DNA of 64,000 bases from Eledone cirrhosa. Its lineage: Eukaryota. The stretch covers positions 40,610,001 through 40,674,000 of the forward strand of contig OZ024744.1 in assembly GCA_964016885.1 (NCBI GenBank), written 5' to 3'. The notes under the pieces were generated by a model. It was not told the origin of the DNA, ran no database searches, and saw nothing but the letters and a program-made list of their open reading frames with translations. Position numbers and translations under genes: made by a program. Shown piece by piece: positions 24,901 through 38,622 of the stretch. Within the stretch, counting starts at the first letter, position 1. Every line of letters starts with the position of its first letter.

Positions 24901-25697
24901 TGTAGAAGATCACGCAGCGGCTCAAGAGATGACACCAACACCATGTGGCAGTATTTGACATTTTAAACATATTCCCAACCTATGAGCATTAATGTATTCG
25001 TATATATTTTGTAATTGCTCCTATATAAAAAATGTTTTTTGTAACATAAATTGAGATATGTCTTTATTCCTTGTTTGAAATGTGCCAGTAAACCATAACC
25101 AATTAGACGAGATGACTGATGACCACTTCCCACCTAAACACTATTAATGTATTGAGTACCTTTTTAAATGTGGTTAGCCCACTTTTACTATGGATCAACA
25201 CACACACCCAACCATACTCTGGACCCTACCATGTATTACAGAGAAACATTTCACTGTACACATTAAGGGTTCCAGAGACGGTTTCTATTGATAGACTCAA
25301 ACGAGCACATTTGCATACAGATGCTTTTGCACCCGAGCCACAAACGCCCCCGTCTTTTTCTTTCGCACATACACCTGCTTCTTCGTCCCCCCCCCCCCCC
25401 TCCATCACCAAGATATAAGACTACAACCCGTTCCGGTCGGAGGGTTCATTGGCCAAAAAAACTGTGTAGCACAATATATTTTTAAACTGCTATTGTAGGG
25501 TGCTTTAAGCCTGTAGTGACTTTTGGAACTTTTAGGAAATTGTATTTAAATTTTATGACATTTGTTTTTTCCTTTCACGTTCTTGCATGCTTTCTTTGAA
25601 TATGTACCTTTGAAATTTTTTGTGCCCTTCATGCCCGGTTGGGCTGATTGCTTCTTGGTTTGGGGTTTTTGCTGATTGCTAATCGGTTTTTCTACAT
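24901..25697 (+). mobile_element. Gypsy LTR remnant (shortened 5' LTR + integrase C-terminus), cut by the C/D junction
   Basis: PYSGPYHVLQR, ETVSIDRLKRAHL and TTRSGRRVHWP (GPY/F module of Gypsy integrase); homologous to 32266-33060. Confidence 0.8.
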
Positions 25698-27845
25698 AAC
25701 CTCCACCATACAGAACAACCTCCACCTCATGCGATACAGATGCACAGAGGCATCTGCTTGATGGTCAATGTAAATGGCCATCTTTTGGATCCATTTCAGA
25801 TCGTGTGATCAGTCCATCAAGGTAACCCTCTCTCCTCTCTTCTGTATGTCTGGAAAGTCGAGTCTTTACTGCTGAAGTTGGAACTGTTGTAGGGCATCGT
25901 GCTTGAACTGGGATGTGGAAGGGCTGTGTTGTCATATGTGGCCAACATCACCATAATGGTGTCAGACACCTCAGAAATCGAGATGGTCGCCATCTTAGAG
26001 GAATATAAAAGGTTAATGGGAACAAAACTGTCGGTGAGTTTGCAGCTTGGCATCGAGACAAAGACATGTCATTCAACAGCATTGATGGATGGACCAGCGA
26101 ATTAGGACTGGACAGTGGTCACTCACCCAGAAATGGGCAGAGAGGAAGCTATCCGTGAAATGTAGGGCTGAAGTGGTCATTATCTACCACCCGACCATGA
26201 TTTTGCCCCAGTTCGCACCTCACCAAAGTGGAAGGTCTACTTTTCCACTTTTTGTGGAAGTGATAAGTGGGCAAAACAATCAGTGGAAATTCCATTCTTG
26301 AATTCTATAGAGTGGATAAGAACTAGGATGAGGTATTGAGCAGGGTGGCTACTATCACTCAGAAATGGATCATGAAAATGTTATCCTTCAAACGTTGGTT
26401 GGAGATGGCAAATGCATACATAGCATCCATCTATTACCGCTTGATGTGTCATGCCTCACCAAATTGAACATTTGCTCTTCAGCTTTTTTGTGGGAGTGAG
26501 AAGTTCCATTGGTGAGGCAATCCATGTTACCAGCACACTACACGAAGGACTGGGAATGCCATAGCAAATGATGCACAAACATACTCAGGCTACATCTTCA
26601 GATATTTGTAAATGGTGAACATGTGTGGTCGCTGTTTGTTGTACAGGTCTTCCTACAGCTCGTCTCTTGGACTGTCATCTGCCACATGACCATCATGCCT
26701 TGATCCGACCTTGTCCGCCTGACTGTCCATCTGCTGTTAACACCCACTAAGTAGAGGCTACAATATCTCAGATCACATCCGTCTCCAATGATGATCACTG
26801 GGGGCAACCCCCCCCCCCCCCGTTCTCCTGTTGCAGTCAGGGGTCAAGTGGAGAGGGAAGGGAATTGGAATTCTTCAAGCACTCACAGCCCTCAGCAAAC
26901 CAAACAGTATGATCTGTGGAAACTCCAGCTTAGCGTTCTATAGAGGGTTAGAGGTCAATGAGAGTGACGATGTTCTTGTGGAAACTCTTGGTGTTGATGA
27001 AAATCAACTAGCCCCTCTTTTGGGGGTGACTTTTTGGTCCAGTGCCCTTAAACAATTTCCAGAAATCACTAGCCTAGCTGTGCTACTGGGAAGCTTTTTA
27101 TCTTTAACATTTAAAATATATGAAACTTGAAGGCCACATTCCAGGAGAGGCAGAAATGCTGGGATTGATGCATTGCCTGGCAAGGGGACTATTTCAAAGG
27201 AGGAGGCATGTTTTGACTTACCCTTATAATTTCTCAACACAGGTAGATACAAATTTATAAAAGAAAATCTTTAAATTTTCTGAATTGGCATTTTTTGTTT
27301 TGGTTTCTGGTTGGAACCTCCAGGTTTTCTGCACTGAAAGAGCCTGGTTAAGAGTCTATACGGTTACGTGACACAACCCAGACACCTTGTAACTATGTTA
27401 TGACACCAACCAGCATGTTACAGAGGGTGTTTAAAGACTCAAAGGTTCATAAAACCGACTACCCATATTTTACGACTACCCATATTTTACGATATTTCTC
27501 AATTTACTCCCACCTTGATTGTATTTTACATGTGTGTGTACACCAAGTCAGTGTAGTAGTCTGTAACAATCTTGGTAAGCAATAGTACTCATGTGGTGGG
27601 ATCTCCATAGATATAGTAGGGAAATATTCTAGTTCAAAAAGAGTATGAGAATCAAACAATTAAATATATTACCTCCCTTTGCTTCTATTATAAAAAAAAG
27701 CAAAAATACCCCATCAAGGAGAATCCTCCTACTCTTTTTGAACTACTATATCTATGGAGATCCCACCACATGAGTACTATTGCTTGCCAAGATTGTTACA
27801 GACTGCTACACTGACTTGGTGTACACACACAAGTGTGTGTGTATA

Positions 27846-27879
<34 letters not shown>

Positions 27880-29203
27880 GTATGTATATGCTTGCATGTG
27901 TGTGAAATCAAATGTCTATCTATCACAGTCAGTGACATATACCACTATGCTATGCTGATTATAGATAAAGAAATCTATAGATCCAGTGTTGGTGTCTGCT
28001 GCTGAAGCATTGAAGATATGAAGACAAAGCCAAACTGTGCCTCGTATTTATAAGAAAAATCAGAAAATTATGATGTCATAATAGGGATATACCAACATTT
28101 TCAAAAATGTAAATCAATATTACCTCCCTTCATTGTTTCTATTTTTAAAAAAAGCCAAAAACCCCCATCAAAATTGAAATCTAAAACTATTTTCTAAATT
28201 TTACAAAATATCTTTCTTTTTCATAATGATACTCATATTTAAACAAAGTTACTTCAAATTCATATGGAGTCAGTCCACCTTGTGGTCCCAGCCAACAGGA
28301 TGGAGAAGACATTGCCTTAGAGGATAGTTAGGGAGACATGCTGGAGCAACCATTCCACCTTGCACCTGTGGGCAGCCAACTCTACTCTGATAGCATTGAG
28401 TGAGTAGGAATGTGGCCCAGGGGCAAAGAACACCAGAAGTTTCCAGTAGACTGGTAATGAATGCATCAGGTTGTCTCTAGAAAAGCTGTCACAATATATA
28501 GCATCCTAGATGAGGGAAGATTATGTTGTTTGGTCTTTTAACATCCCCTCAGTCGAGCACTATATAATCCACAATGGATTCACAGCGGCATTTGTGAGGC
28601 TCAGATCCAGAAGCCAACCCTCAGGGAAACACTTATCTGCAAGCAATTGCTGTCCAGCTGAGTTCCAGTCAAAAGTGATAGTATTATTTTAAACCAGGTG
28701 GTGGATTGGCAGTATCGGTAGAGGGTCGGAGGTCATGCTTTGATGCATAGAGTTACGGCCATTTCCATTCAAAGTTCAAATCCCGCCGAGGTCAACCTTG
28801 CCTTTCATCCTTACGGGGTCGATAAAATAAAGTACCAGTAATGTACTGGGTAATTGCAGGCCTTGTGCCAAAATAGAAACAATTATTTTAAACCAGGCAC
28901 CACTGTGGTGTTGTGAGGCCAAGCAAAAACATGCTGGACAGTGATGGTTGAGCTGACACACTAGCCTGTTAGAGGTCATGTTGCACTGAAATCATTGAAT
29001 ATATTAAATTTACAGTTATTTACTATATTAAAAAGATTTATTTATACACAAAACAAAACTAATTAGAATAAAGATTATTTCTTTTGAGAGCAAGAGTTAC
29101 ATAAAAAAGGGATTGCTTGAGGAAGATGTAAACTGTGGAAGAGGGACACTCAGGAAAACATGAGTCCAAGTTGTGAAGAGTTACCTAACAAAATTGAACC
29201 ACA

Positions 29204-32200
29204 ATAATAATAATAATGATAATAATAATAATGAAATTATTGTGTAAAGGGCTCAGGTTTACTACAACTCATCAAAGGTGCATGTATAGTACATAGAATA
29301 ATATATAAATGTCAGGGAAGTGAACAGTGTATGAATCATGATATACATGTGTGCATGTGTGTGGAGGGGGAACATTAGGTATAGTGTTAGTGAATATCGG
29401 GAAGCATGGAGGTTTTAAATGATGTAGAGTCTCGACAGCTAACAACTGATGCAGGTAGTTTGTTCCATGCTTCAGCAACTCTGAGCGTGAAAAAATGTTT
29501 CTGAGCGTCATGGGAACTATGCTGTTTTCTGACTTTGTGGATATGTCAACGTGTGTTAGACACATGGAAATCAAAAGGTTACTCAGGGTTGTTGTTGGCA
29601 AGATGGTTAACAATTTTGTGGGCGTTTACGAAGTCAGTTGCCAGGCGTCGGAGCTTCAATGTATCCATGCCCAGGGAAGCAATGCGTTCAGAGTATGGTA
29701 GATGCCTGATGGACAGTATTTGCTTGGTTGCACGTCTCTGAACAGTTTCCACGTGGTCAATGTTCTGAGCAAGATAGGGGTTCCAGACTGGTGATGCAAA
29801 TTCTAAGTGTGGCCTCACCGTAGTCATGTACAGCCTTAAATAGATAGCTGGAGAGCAGCTGACAAAGGTCTTGCTGAGTGATGCTAAGACACCCTCAGCC
29901 CTCTTGACAATTTTAGAGACGTGCTTCGTCCAACGCAAATCGCTGCTGACCGTAATGCCCAGGTCACGATCATAAGAAGACTTCTTGATATTAGTGCTGT
30001 GGAGGGAGTATGTGGACGCTTGGGCTTTACTCCCAAAATGCATGGTGGTGCACTTGTCCACAGCTAGCTTGAGTTGCCAGTCTGAGATCCATTGTTGCAT
30101 TGTGTCCAGGCCAGACTGCAAGCAAGATCTATAGTGTTCAGGATCTGTCCTTTTTATCTCAAGGTACAGCTTGATGTCATCCGCATAGTTTAGTACTGTG
30201 GCATTCTTTAAGTTGGCATCTATGTCATTAATATATGCCACAAACAAAAGGGGCCAAGAACATATCCCTGTGGTACACCAGATGACATCTCATATGGTGA
30301 GGAATGCTGTCCCAGAACCGTGACCTCTCTTCGACTGAGAATGAAGGACTTCAACCAGTTAAAAAGATCATCCTTCACACCCATTGCAGATAGTTTTGCC
30401 ATAAGCCTTTTGTGTGGCACAGAATTGAAAGCTTTCGCAAAGTCAAGGTAAACAACATCCACCCATGAGCCGCCATCAGTGATCCGGGTGATGTCCTCAA
30501 GAAACTCGATAAGTTGATCACAGCAGCTGGAGTTAGGGATAAATTCAAATTGCGAGGGCCGGATAAGACTCTGAGAGTTCCAGAAGTTCCAAAGTGTTTC
30601 TCTGACACAGGATTCCATCAGTTTGGCAATGCAACTAGTAAGACTAAACTGGACAATAGTTCACAGGTGATGTGCGGTCACCCTTTTTGAACAGAGGAAT
30701 GACGCTGGCAGTTTTCCACTGTTCTGGAGTAGCACTGTTGTTCAGACAGAATTGGAAGAAGCGTGATAGCTGGTGCAGAAGCAAGTACCCACCACGTAAC
30801 ACCATCAAGACCAGGAGAGGCATGGTTGCTATTTTTTGCATATTTTTAGGTGACGTCGCAGCATTGCAGGTGTAAATTCCATGGTTGTAATAGAGTTCGG
30901 TGTCATAGGTGGTGGAGACGGTACACTCTGATCTTCAATAGTGAAAATGGCTGCATAGCATTCAGCAATGAGCTCTGCACATTCCTTGGGGTCGTCAGTA
31001 ACCTGGCTTGTGTGGGGATTGTGAAGATGACCAACTGGAGAGGGAGGCCTCTGCTCTGAGTGAACATACTTCCAGAACACCTTACTGTTTGGGCTGGTTG
31101 CTATGCGCTGCTCAAATTGAAGCACTGCCTTTTTGTCACCTGTTTGAGGTGGTTGAACGATTTATTTCACCTCTTCCTATTGATGTCTGATTTGTGCAGT
31201 TTGTACTCACGTTCAGCATTGCGACGTTCTTTTCTGGCAAGACGAACTGCTGCAGTCTCCCAAATTGCACTTTTGGGATGTTTTTTCCGCTTACGTGGCA
31301 CCGATGCTGCACATGCTGTCCATATTGAGCTCAGAATGTTCTGGAGTACAGTGTTGACATCTCCAGAGTCGTAGAACTCAAGCCAGTTTGGCCGTTGCAA
31401 CTCGGCGCAGTAACAGTTCCAGTCTGCTTTATTCCAGTTAAAGTGAGCAGTTTGGAGATGGTTGTGGTTCTTGTTACTGCCCATGAGGGATAGATTGGCA
31501 ATGATCATAGCATGATCAGAGTCAACTAAAGGTTCCTCAGCAGGAACACTAATGACAGTTTCAGGAGTAGTGATGAAAAGTAGGTCCAAAGTGTTGTCAC
31601 CTCTTGCTGGGGAGGTGACTACTTGGGACCAATTCGAGCCCAGCACTAGCTCAAGGAAGTCATTTGCACTTGGTGGCCAACGAAAGGTTTCCCAGTCAAT
31701 CTGAGGGTGATTGAAGTCTCCTGCAATAAAGACATAAGTGGTTGTTTTCCTGGCAGCAGCTCTCAGGATATCACAAAGTTGAGTGTCCTGATGGTAATTT
31801 GGGGGACGGTAAACGACTCCAAGTAGCAGTGTTGACATGGTCATACGTATGTCGCAGAAAAAAACTTCCTACTGTGATTGGTTCAAATCAACACAAGGAA
31901 TTGCCGACAAATTTGACCTAACATATACCATTACACCACCACCACCACCACCACCACCACGATTAATGCGGTCTTTACGAAACAGGTTGTAGCCAGTTAT
32001 GCTGAAAACCCCATCACAGAGTAAGGGATGTGCCCAAGTTTCCGTGACTGTAATGAAGTCAGGGTTGATACTTTTGACGTAGGAGTCAAAAAGATGAATC
32101 TTATTGCATAGACTACGTGCATTCAAGGACAACAATTTGTACCTTGATTCCAGTATATGATTATGTGCAGGGGATGGCAGGTTGTTCTGGTTTAGTTTCC

Positions 32201-32204
32201 CAGA
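29204..32204 (-). mobile_element. CR1-clade LINE, duplicate of 21846-24839 at the same insertion site
   Basis: Same boundaries and motifs; scattered substitutions and some private frameshifts. Confidence 0.93.
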
Positions 32205-32265
32205 GTTTCCAATAGTCTAAAACATATTGTTACTGTGGAGCATCACCAGCAAACTTATAAAGGAC

Positions 32266-33485
32266 TGTAGAAGATCACGCAGCGGCTCAAGAGATGACAC
32301 CAACACCATGTGGCAGTATTTGACGTTTTAAACATATTCCCAAACTATGAGCATTAATGTATTCGTATATGTTTTGTAATTGCTCCTATATAAGAAATGT
32401 TTTTTGTAACATAAATTGAGATATGTCTTTATTCCTTGTTTGAAATGTGCCAGTAAACCATAACCAATTAGACGAGATGACTGATGACCACTTCCCACCT
32501 AAACACTATTAATGTATTGAGTACCTTTTTAAATGTGGTTAGCCCACTTTTACTATGGATCAACACACACACCCAACCATACCCTGGACCCTAACATGTA
32601 TTACAGAGAAACATTTCACTGTAGACATTAAGGGTTCCAGAGAGACGGTTTCTATTGATAGACTCAAACGAGCACATTTGCATACAGATGCTTTCGCACC
32701 TGAGCCACAAACGCCCCCGTCTTTTTCTTTCGCACACACACCTGCCTCTTCGTCCCCCCCCCCCATCACCAAGATATAAGACTACAACCCGTTCCGGTCG
32801 GAGGGTTCATTGGCCCAAAAATCTGTGTAGCACAATATATTTTTAAACTGCTATTGTAGGGTGCTTGAAGCCTGTAGTGACTTTTGGAACTTTTAGGAAA
32901 TTGTATTTAAATTTTATGACATTTGTTTTTTCCTTTCACGTTCTTGCATGCTTTCTTTGAATATGTACCTTTGAAATTTTTTGTGCCCTTCATGCCCGGT
33001 TGGGCTGATTGCTCCTTGGTTTGGGGTTTTTGCTGATTGCTAATCCGTTTTTCTACATGCATGATTTTATGAACAGATTTTTATTTAATTTTTTAAAAAT
33101 CTGTTGGGAGGCCATGTAGAAGATAACGCCATCTAGCGTCGACTGCCCACACAGTCGATTAACTGCCCTTAGTTCTGACGTCCCGTTCTGACGTCAGTGG
33201 CTGAGACAATAACACTTGGATAATGAGTGCTTTGGAGACAATAGACGTGCGATTATCACGCAGCGGCTCCAGAGATGACACCAACACCATGTGGCAGTAT
33301 TTGACGTTTTAAACATATTCCCAACCAAGGAGCATTAATGTATTCGTATATATTTTGTAATTGCTCCTATATTAAAGAAATGTATTTTGTAACATAAATT
33401 GAGGTATGTCTTATTCCTTGTTTGAAATATGCCAGTAAACCATAACCAATTAGACAGGATGACTGATGACCACTTCCCACCTAAA
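32266..33485 (+). mobile_element. Internally deleted Gypsy LTR element with both LTRs (32266-~32505, 33115-33485)
   Basis: Both LTRs start TGTAGAAGAT; purine-rich GGGAGG before the 3' LTR; GGAC duplicated at both ends; empty site in A/B; integrase tail VDIKGSRETVSIDRLKRAHL. Confidence 0.85.
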
Positions 33486-33787
33486 GGACGAACTCTAATT
33501 AGATATTCTGTTAACTGCGACCATTCACTGTAATTAATAATTAACTGTGCAGCAGAAAAGTTGCCCAGAATACCTGGTAATATGATCTGAACTCTTACTT
33601 TATTTTTAAGCTGAAGTGCGTTATTTAGAACTAAATGTCTGCTGTAGGTATGGGTTGCTTGTCTGATACTTCATTTATGATAACATTTTTGGAATGTAAG
33701 AGCCAGGTGATGTCTCTCTCTCAGACTTACCAAGTCTCAGACTATGACAACCATCCAACCAATGGCAACATGTAAATGGACATAAAA

Positions 33788-33896
33788 TGATGAGGATGAT
33801 GATGATGAGGATAATGGTGGTGGTAGTGGTGGTGGTGATGATGGTGATGGTGGTGGTGACGATGATGATGATGAGGATGATGATGATGATGATGAT
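33788..33896. repeat. (GAT/GGT)n microsatellite
   Basis: Visible; explains the poly-Ser/His/Met ORFs. Confidence 0.9.
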
Positions 33897-36305
33897 TTGT
33901 TTGACACTTCAATACTCTTATCACTTTTATTTTTCATTTCTATCTGTAAATCTTCTTATCATCTACTCCAAAGTATTTGTATGAATGGTTCTGGTTTCAT
34001 ACTTTATATTAGTGTCTGATTTATTTAGTATTCACAGTTTTAATTTACTACTGCTATTACCACTACCACAATCAAAACAGCCACCCCAATCAAACCCCAC
34101 CATCATCACCATTACACATCCATCTGAACTTGCTGACTTTATTTCTGTCTAGTCTCCAGAATATCCTCTGCATGTATGAGTATATAATATAAACGTGCAA
34201 ACACAGACACACTTACAAAAATACACTCACAGACATACATTCACACAAACTTACATTTACACCACCACACACATTCACACTCACACAGCGTAGCAAATGG
34301 AATGCCAACCGCTGTTTTGCTAGTTTTTTCACCATCCCCTTCCTTGTTTTTACACACACATTGTGTGATGGATGAATGGAAGTCTCCCAAATTTATATAT
34401 AGCTTATTATTATCATAATCCTTTTAATCAATACACACAATTCTTACCTTCTTCTTCTTGTCTAGTCTAGCTTATTGTAGTTATTCTTTTCTTGTCTTCC
34501 TGTTCTATTCATTAAACTGTCTAACCCTGGCTCTTCCTCTCTCCCTATTTGTCCTTATTGCTCTACTTCATGAAACCTCTCAATGACAACCACAATGATC
34601 ACGACCGCCCCACAACACATCCACCACCACAACCATAATCACTTACACTGCTTCCAATTTTTTTTTTTTTTTAAATCTTATGTCAAGACAGACTTCTAGT
34701 TATTGAAAATCACAAGATTTATATAAAAGCAAAAATGAAAAAGACAAGTATTGATTCTATATTTATTAATGTAATTAAATGTTTTCAATGTTTTAAATTG
34801 ATGGAATCACTTTTCCTATAAAATATGGTTTATTTTCACTAGGTATCAATTGGACTGTATTATCCCAGTCAGGATCCTAGCCTGTCAGTATTTTACACAT
34901 CCTCTGGCATTTCAATCTACAGCAAAAAAAAAAAAAAAAAATTAAATTACTCCTAGTTCTAGGCTTTCACCAGATTCCTTACTTTCTAAATTAATGTGTA
35001 AGTGGTTGAGTATTACAAAGACACATTTAACTTTAACACGATTCTCAGGGAGATTTACTATAACAACATAAAAGCCACCCTGTAAAGGTTTCACTATAGG
35101 TCGAATATATTGACCCATTCACAAAAAAAAAATATACACATAAATAAAACAAAACAAAAGATAACAATCTTAGCCTTGTGTCTACATTAGAATTCACTTG
35201 GAAAGCACATTGAAGAAGCTGGTATATAGCAATTGAAAGGAATGGTAATGCCTGCATTCAAAACGTTAGGAAGACTGCTAATTATATTACTCACTTTCGA
35301 TTGGTTTATTCAGAGATGGAGTGATAGAACAGTTACTGGATGAACCAATCAAAACTCAGCATTTTCAAAAATGCAGTCTTGCACCTTATTTGAATTTATT
35401 TCCAAAGATTTTAAAGAGGGTAACTTTGGTTTAAAAATAACACCTTTGTGAGCATATTTCTAACAAGAATATACTGCCTTTGTGTTTTAATTATCTAATT
35501 AATCAAGAATTATGAGAGGTTTAGTGAAATAACTAACTGTCAATATGATAAGAGAAATATTTAAACCACTGGAATCTAATATTAGCTACTATGTGATTTC
35601 AGTTCAAGATTTTGAATTTATATTTGAACACTTAAACAAAGACAGTTTGACAGGTTTTAGTTGATAGGGCTCTATCAAGCCCAATATTATTAAGATATAT
35701 AAATTGTATTATGACATCTATATATCCACACCATAACAACCTGTGTCTCATCCATGGCTTGTTATTTTAACTCTTTTGTGACCACATTTCTAATAAGAAT
35801 ATACTGCTTTTGTATTTTAATTATCAAATTAATCAAGAATTATAGGTGGTTTAGTAGAATAATTAACTTTTAACTGGTATATACACATAGAACGATAATT
35901 TTGAATTGAGAATCTGAAAACAAAAAATCATATGGATTGAACAGAAAACTAACAAGATTTAAAAAATAATTCGGTATTTATATTATCATTGGGGTTATTT
36001 ATATAATTAGGCAAAGTTAGTAGTGGCTGCTTGCATGGAGTTAATTAGAAAATCCTCTTGTATTTCCTTTGTGTTTTAAAATCTTTGAATCACAAAGAGT
36101 GTGCAAAACAAAGACCATTCTTATTTCTTGTGAAGCAAATATTTGAACAAATGGAGAGTGGAATCTTGCTGCAAAGATTTCTGATTGACATCAACTTGCT
36201 GATTAGAAGAAAAAGAAGCTGATATTTGAAATAAAGTCTAGGATACAGTATTATCAGAACTCTTCCTCTCTTTCTTTTTTTTTTTGTTTTGTATCAATAT
36301 ATGAA

Positions 36306-36686
36306 GGCACATGGCTTAGTGGTTAGAGCATTGGGCTTGCAATCGAAAGGTTGTGAGTTCAATTCTCAGACCGGGTGATGTGTTGTTTCCTTGAGCAAGA
36401 TACTTTATTTCACATTGCTCCAGTTTACTCAGCTGTAGAAATGAGATGATTGGACTGGGGTCCCTATCATTCCACTGCAAAGTGGTCGTGGAGGTACCAC
36501 GGCAAAAAAGCACCCAGCACTCACTGTAAAGTGGATGTGTAGACGCCATGGAAAAAAAGCACCCAGAACTCACTGTAAATGAGGTTGGTGTTAGGAAGGG
36601 CATCCAGCTGTAGAAATCAAGCCAGAATCACCCTTGCAAGCAGGGAAAAGCAGACGTAAAATGATGATGATGATGATGATGATGAT
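36306..36686 (+). mobile_element. tRNA-derived SINE (family 2) with RTE-derived 3' tail
   Basis: A-box TGGCTTAGTGG, B-box GAGTTCAATTC, central CCTTGAGCAAGATACTTTAT, tail TTAGGAAGGGCATCCAGCTGTAGAAA...(GAT)n matching the RTE 3' UTR at 44472-44620. Confidence 0.85.
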
Positions 36687-36823
36687 ATCTTTTCAGAAAC
36701 TGACAATTGATAGTTGCAGCTTTTCAATAACAAAGCTTTCAGTACAGAAGGCTAAATAATCTCTGCTCACTAAATCAATGTAATCTTAATAAGCATTCCA
36801 TAAATACCCTTTGGTGAAATTAA

Positions 36824-37065
36824 CCTTTTGATTACCATAGTTCTAATGAATGACACTAACAATAATATTTCTAATAATTTTGAAAATAATCAAGGATATA
36901 GAGGGATTTAGTAAAACTTTCTCATTATCAACCTGGTATTTGAAACAACTTAAAGGTTCTTAAAAAGAATTATGAGAGGTTTTTAAATAAGTATAAATGC
37001 TTTAAAATAAAGAGCTTTGTATAATAGTACTAGTGTCCGTTTGGGGTAGTTTGGTGTCAAAATAG
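36824..37065. mobile_element. TTAA MITE copy
   Basis: TTAA|CCTTTTGATTACC ... GGTGTCAAAATAG|TTAA; related to 2330-2749. Confidence 0.6.
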
Positions 37066-37189
37066 TTAAAGAAAAATTAGAATCTTAAGATTGCTACAAA
37101 TGCTTGACCTTCAATCATAGAGGATTTCTTCTGGAAAATGGACATTCTTAATGTAGCAATGACTACATTACAAAGACTGGCCTCCCTCT

Positions 37190-37432
37190 TAGGGCCTTAA
37201 AATACTGCTAACCTTTTACAAAGCGTGTGTGAGACCACAATGGAGTACTTATTTTATTGATATTCTAGTGGAAGGAAGCTGCAGAAGAGGGAGAGCATGG
37301 AAGACCTAGTCTCAGATTGCTGAGGCTTATATAGTTGAGAATGTAAGTCTGCAACAAGTGGAAGAAGGTAGTGTTAGAAAAGACCCATTCAAGTATGGAA
37401 AAACGGACGCAATAAGGATGATGATGATGATG
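37190..37432 (+). mobile_element. Very decayed LINE 3' fragments
   Basis: LTFYKACVRP..EY and VEG.....GRPSLR-like peptides, then a (GAT)n tail. Confidence 0.4.
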
Positions 37433-37480
37433 ATTTTGTTGAACTGCTAAAATGTGGAACATAAACAAGCAGTAAATGTA

Positions 37481-37514
<34 letters not shown>

Positions 37515-37859
37515 AACACACAAACACACACACACACACATATAAATTTGATAGTTTCTACCTACTAAACTTCCCTCAAATGGGGATACAGTTAAAGATA
37601 TTTGCCCAAGCTGTCACACAGTGGAACTGAACCTGAAAGCAAGTGAATATGTAGCTTATTCCTTAATGAGAAAGCTATGTCTATACCTGTCTATCAAATT
37701 TGTTTCTACTTTTTCAGTTAAATTCTCTAGTGTGTTATAACTTTTTCTATCATTGCCTGTTATTGTATGATTTTCTCACACAGAAAGTCATACAAGAATG
37801 CACATATGATATAGCAGAATGCAATTTGCTAGAAAAACTCATTAATCGGTTAGAAAATT

Positions 37860-38200
37860 CCAAAGTCCATTGAAATTCGATATTGTAAAACTAACAACAT
37901 TGAGATAGAAACTATTGAAAGTGAGGACTTAGGTATGTATGGATCGATGGCCAATACTTAATACTCGATCAACTAGAGGAGAAATTAGATAATTCAGAAA
38001 TCTTGAAGCCAATTAATCCAGAAGATTTTAAAACCAACCAATTTACGTTCAGTTAACAGGAAAAGAAAATTGGAATAAATGGCGACTTTAGTGAATAGAA
38101 TTTTGAATAAAGTAAGAGATAGAAGCAACAATAATCCAAATAGATTGCTACTAGTGGGATCAATTGTAGTAAATCAATTAGGTTTGGGAAAGAAAAAAAT
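37860..38200 (+). mobile_element. Possible R4/Dong-clade LINE N-terminal fragment
   Basis: KPTNLRSVNRKRKLE*MATLVNRILNKVRDRSNNNPNRLLLVGSIVVNQLGLGKK resembles the pre-RT region of Dong/R4 ORFs as I recall it; not verified. Confidence 0.35.
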
Positions 38201-38431
38201 ATAAACCAAAGATGCTTTGTAAATAAAGAAGAAAGAAACAAAACCCTAAAGAATACTTTTCTTAAATAAAATAAAAATGACACAGAAATGACATCAACAA
38301 ACTAATTGAACAAACAAAAGAACACAAAACACAAATTAGAAAAAAAAAAATTAAAAAACATAATTAAAAAAAGTGTTACAATGTCATAACTTACAAGATT
38401 ACATACTGTGATTAGAAGTAATTGAACAAAT

Positions 38432-38622
38432 ATAATTGTTTCTACTTTTGGCACAAGGCCAGCAATTACTCAGTGTATTACTGGTACTTTATTTTATCGA
38501 CCCCGTAAGGATGAAAGGCAAAGTTAACCTCAGCCGGATTTGAACTCAGAATGGCAAGGGCTGTAGCTGTATGCGTCAAAGCATGGCATCCGACCCTCTA
38601 CCGACACTGCCAATCCACCACA
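38432..38622 (-). mobile_element. Family-1 SINE
   Basis: Reverse complement of the 4459-4660 consensus. Confidence 0.9.

Larger units (their letters stand above)
15604..25697 (+). repeat. Tandem segmental array, copy C (no fold-back; carries 394-bp insert, CR1 and truncated Gypsy remnant)
   Basis: Offset ~5339 from B at its start; diverges from A/B by a few percent further on; retains ~1 kb of Tx1 RT missing from A/B. Confidence 0.92.
25706..33768 (+). repeat. Tandem segmental array, copy D (5'-truncated; carries CR1 and two-LTR Gypsy remnant)
   Basis: ORFs recur from C with offset 7723, then ~7360 (18094->25817, 21914->29272, 24504->31869); ends at CCAACCAATGGCA like A/B. Confidence 0.92.

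Noticed and set aside
36140-36215. Minus-strand acceptor followed by QVDVNQKSLQQDSTLHLFKYLLHKK*
   Set aside because: Short, no recognisable homology and no supportable upstream exons
36306-36380. tRNA gene
   Set aside because: A/B boxes run directly into SINE body and LINE-derived tail; no clean cloverleaf or terminator
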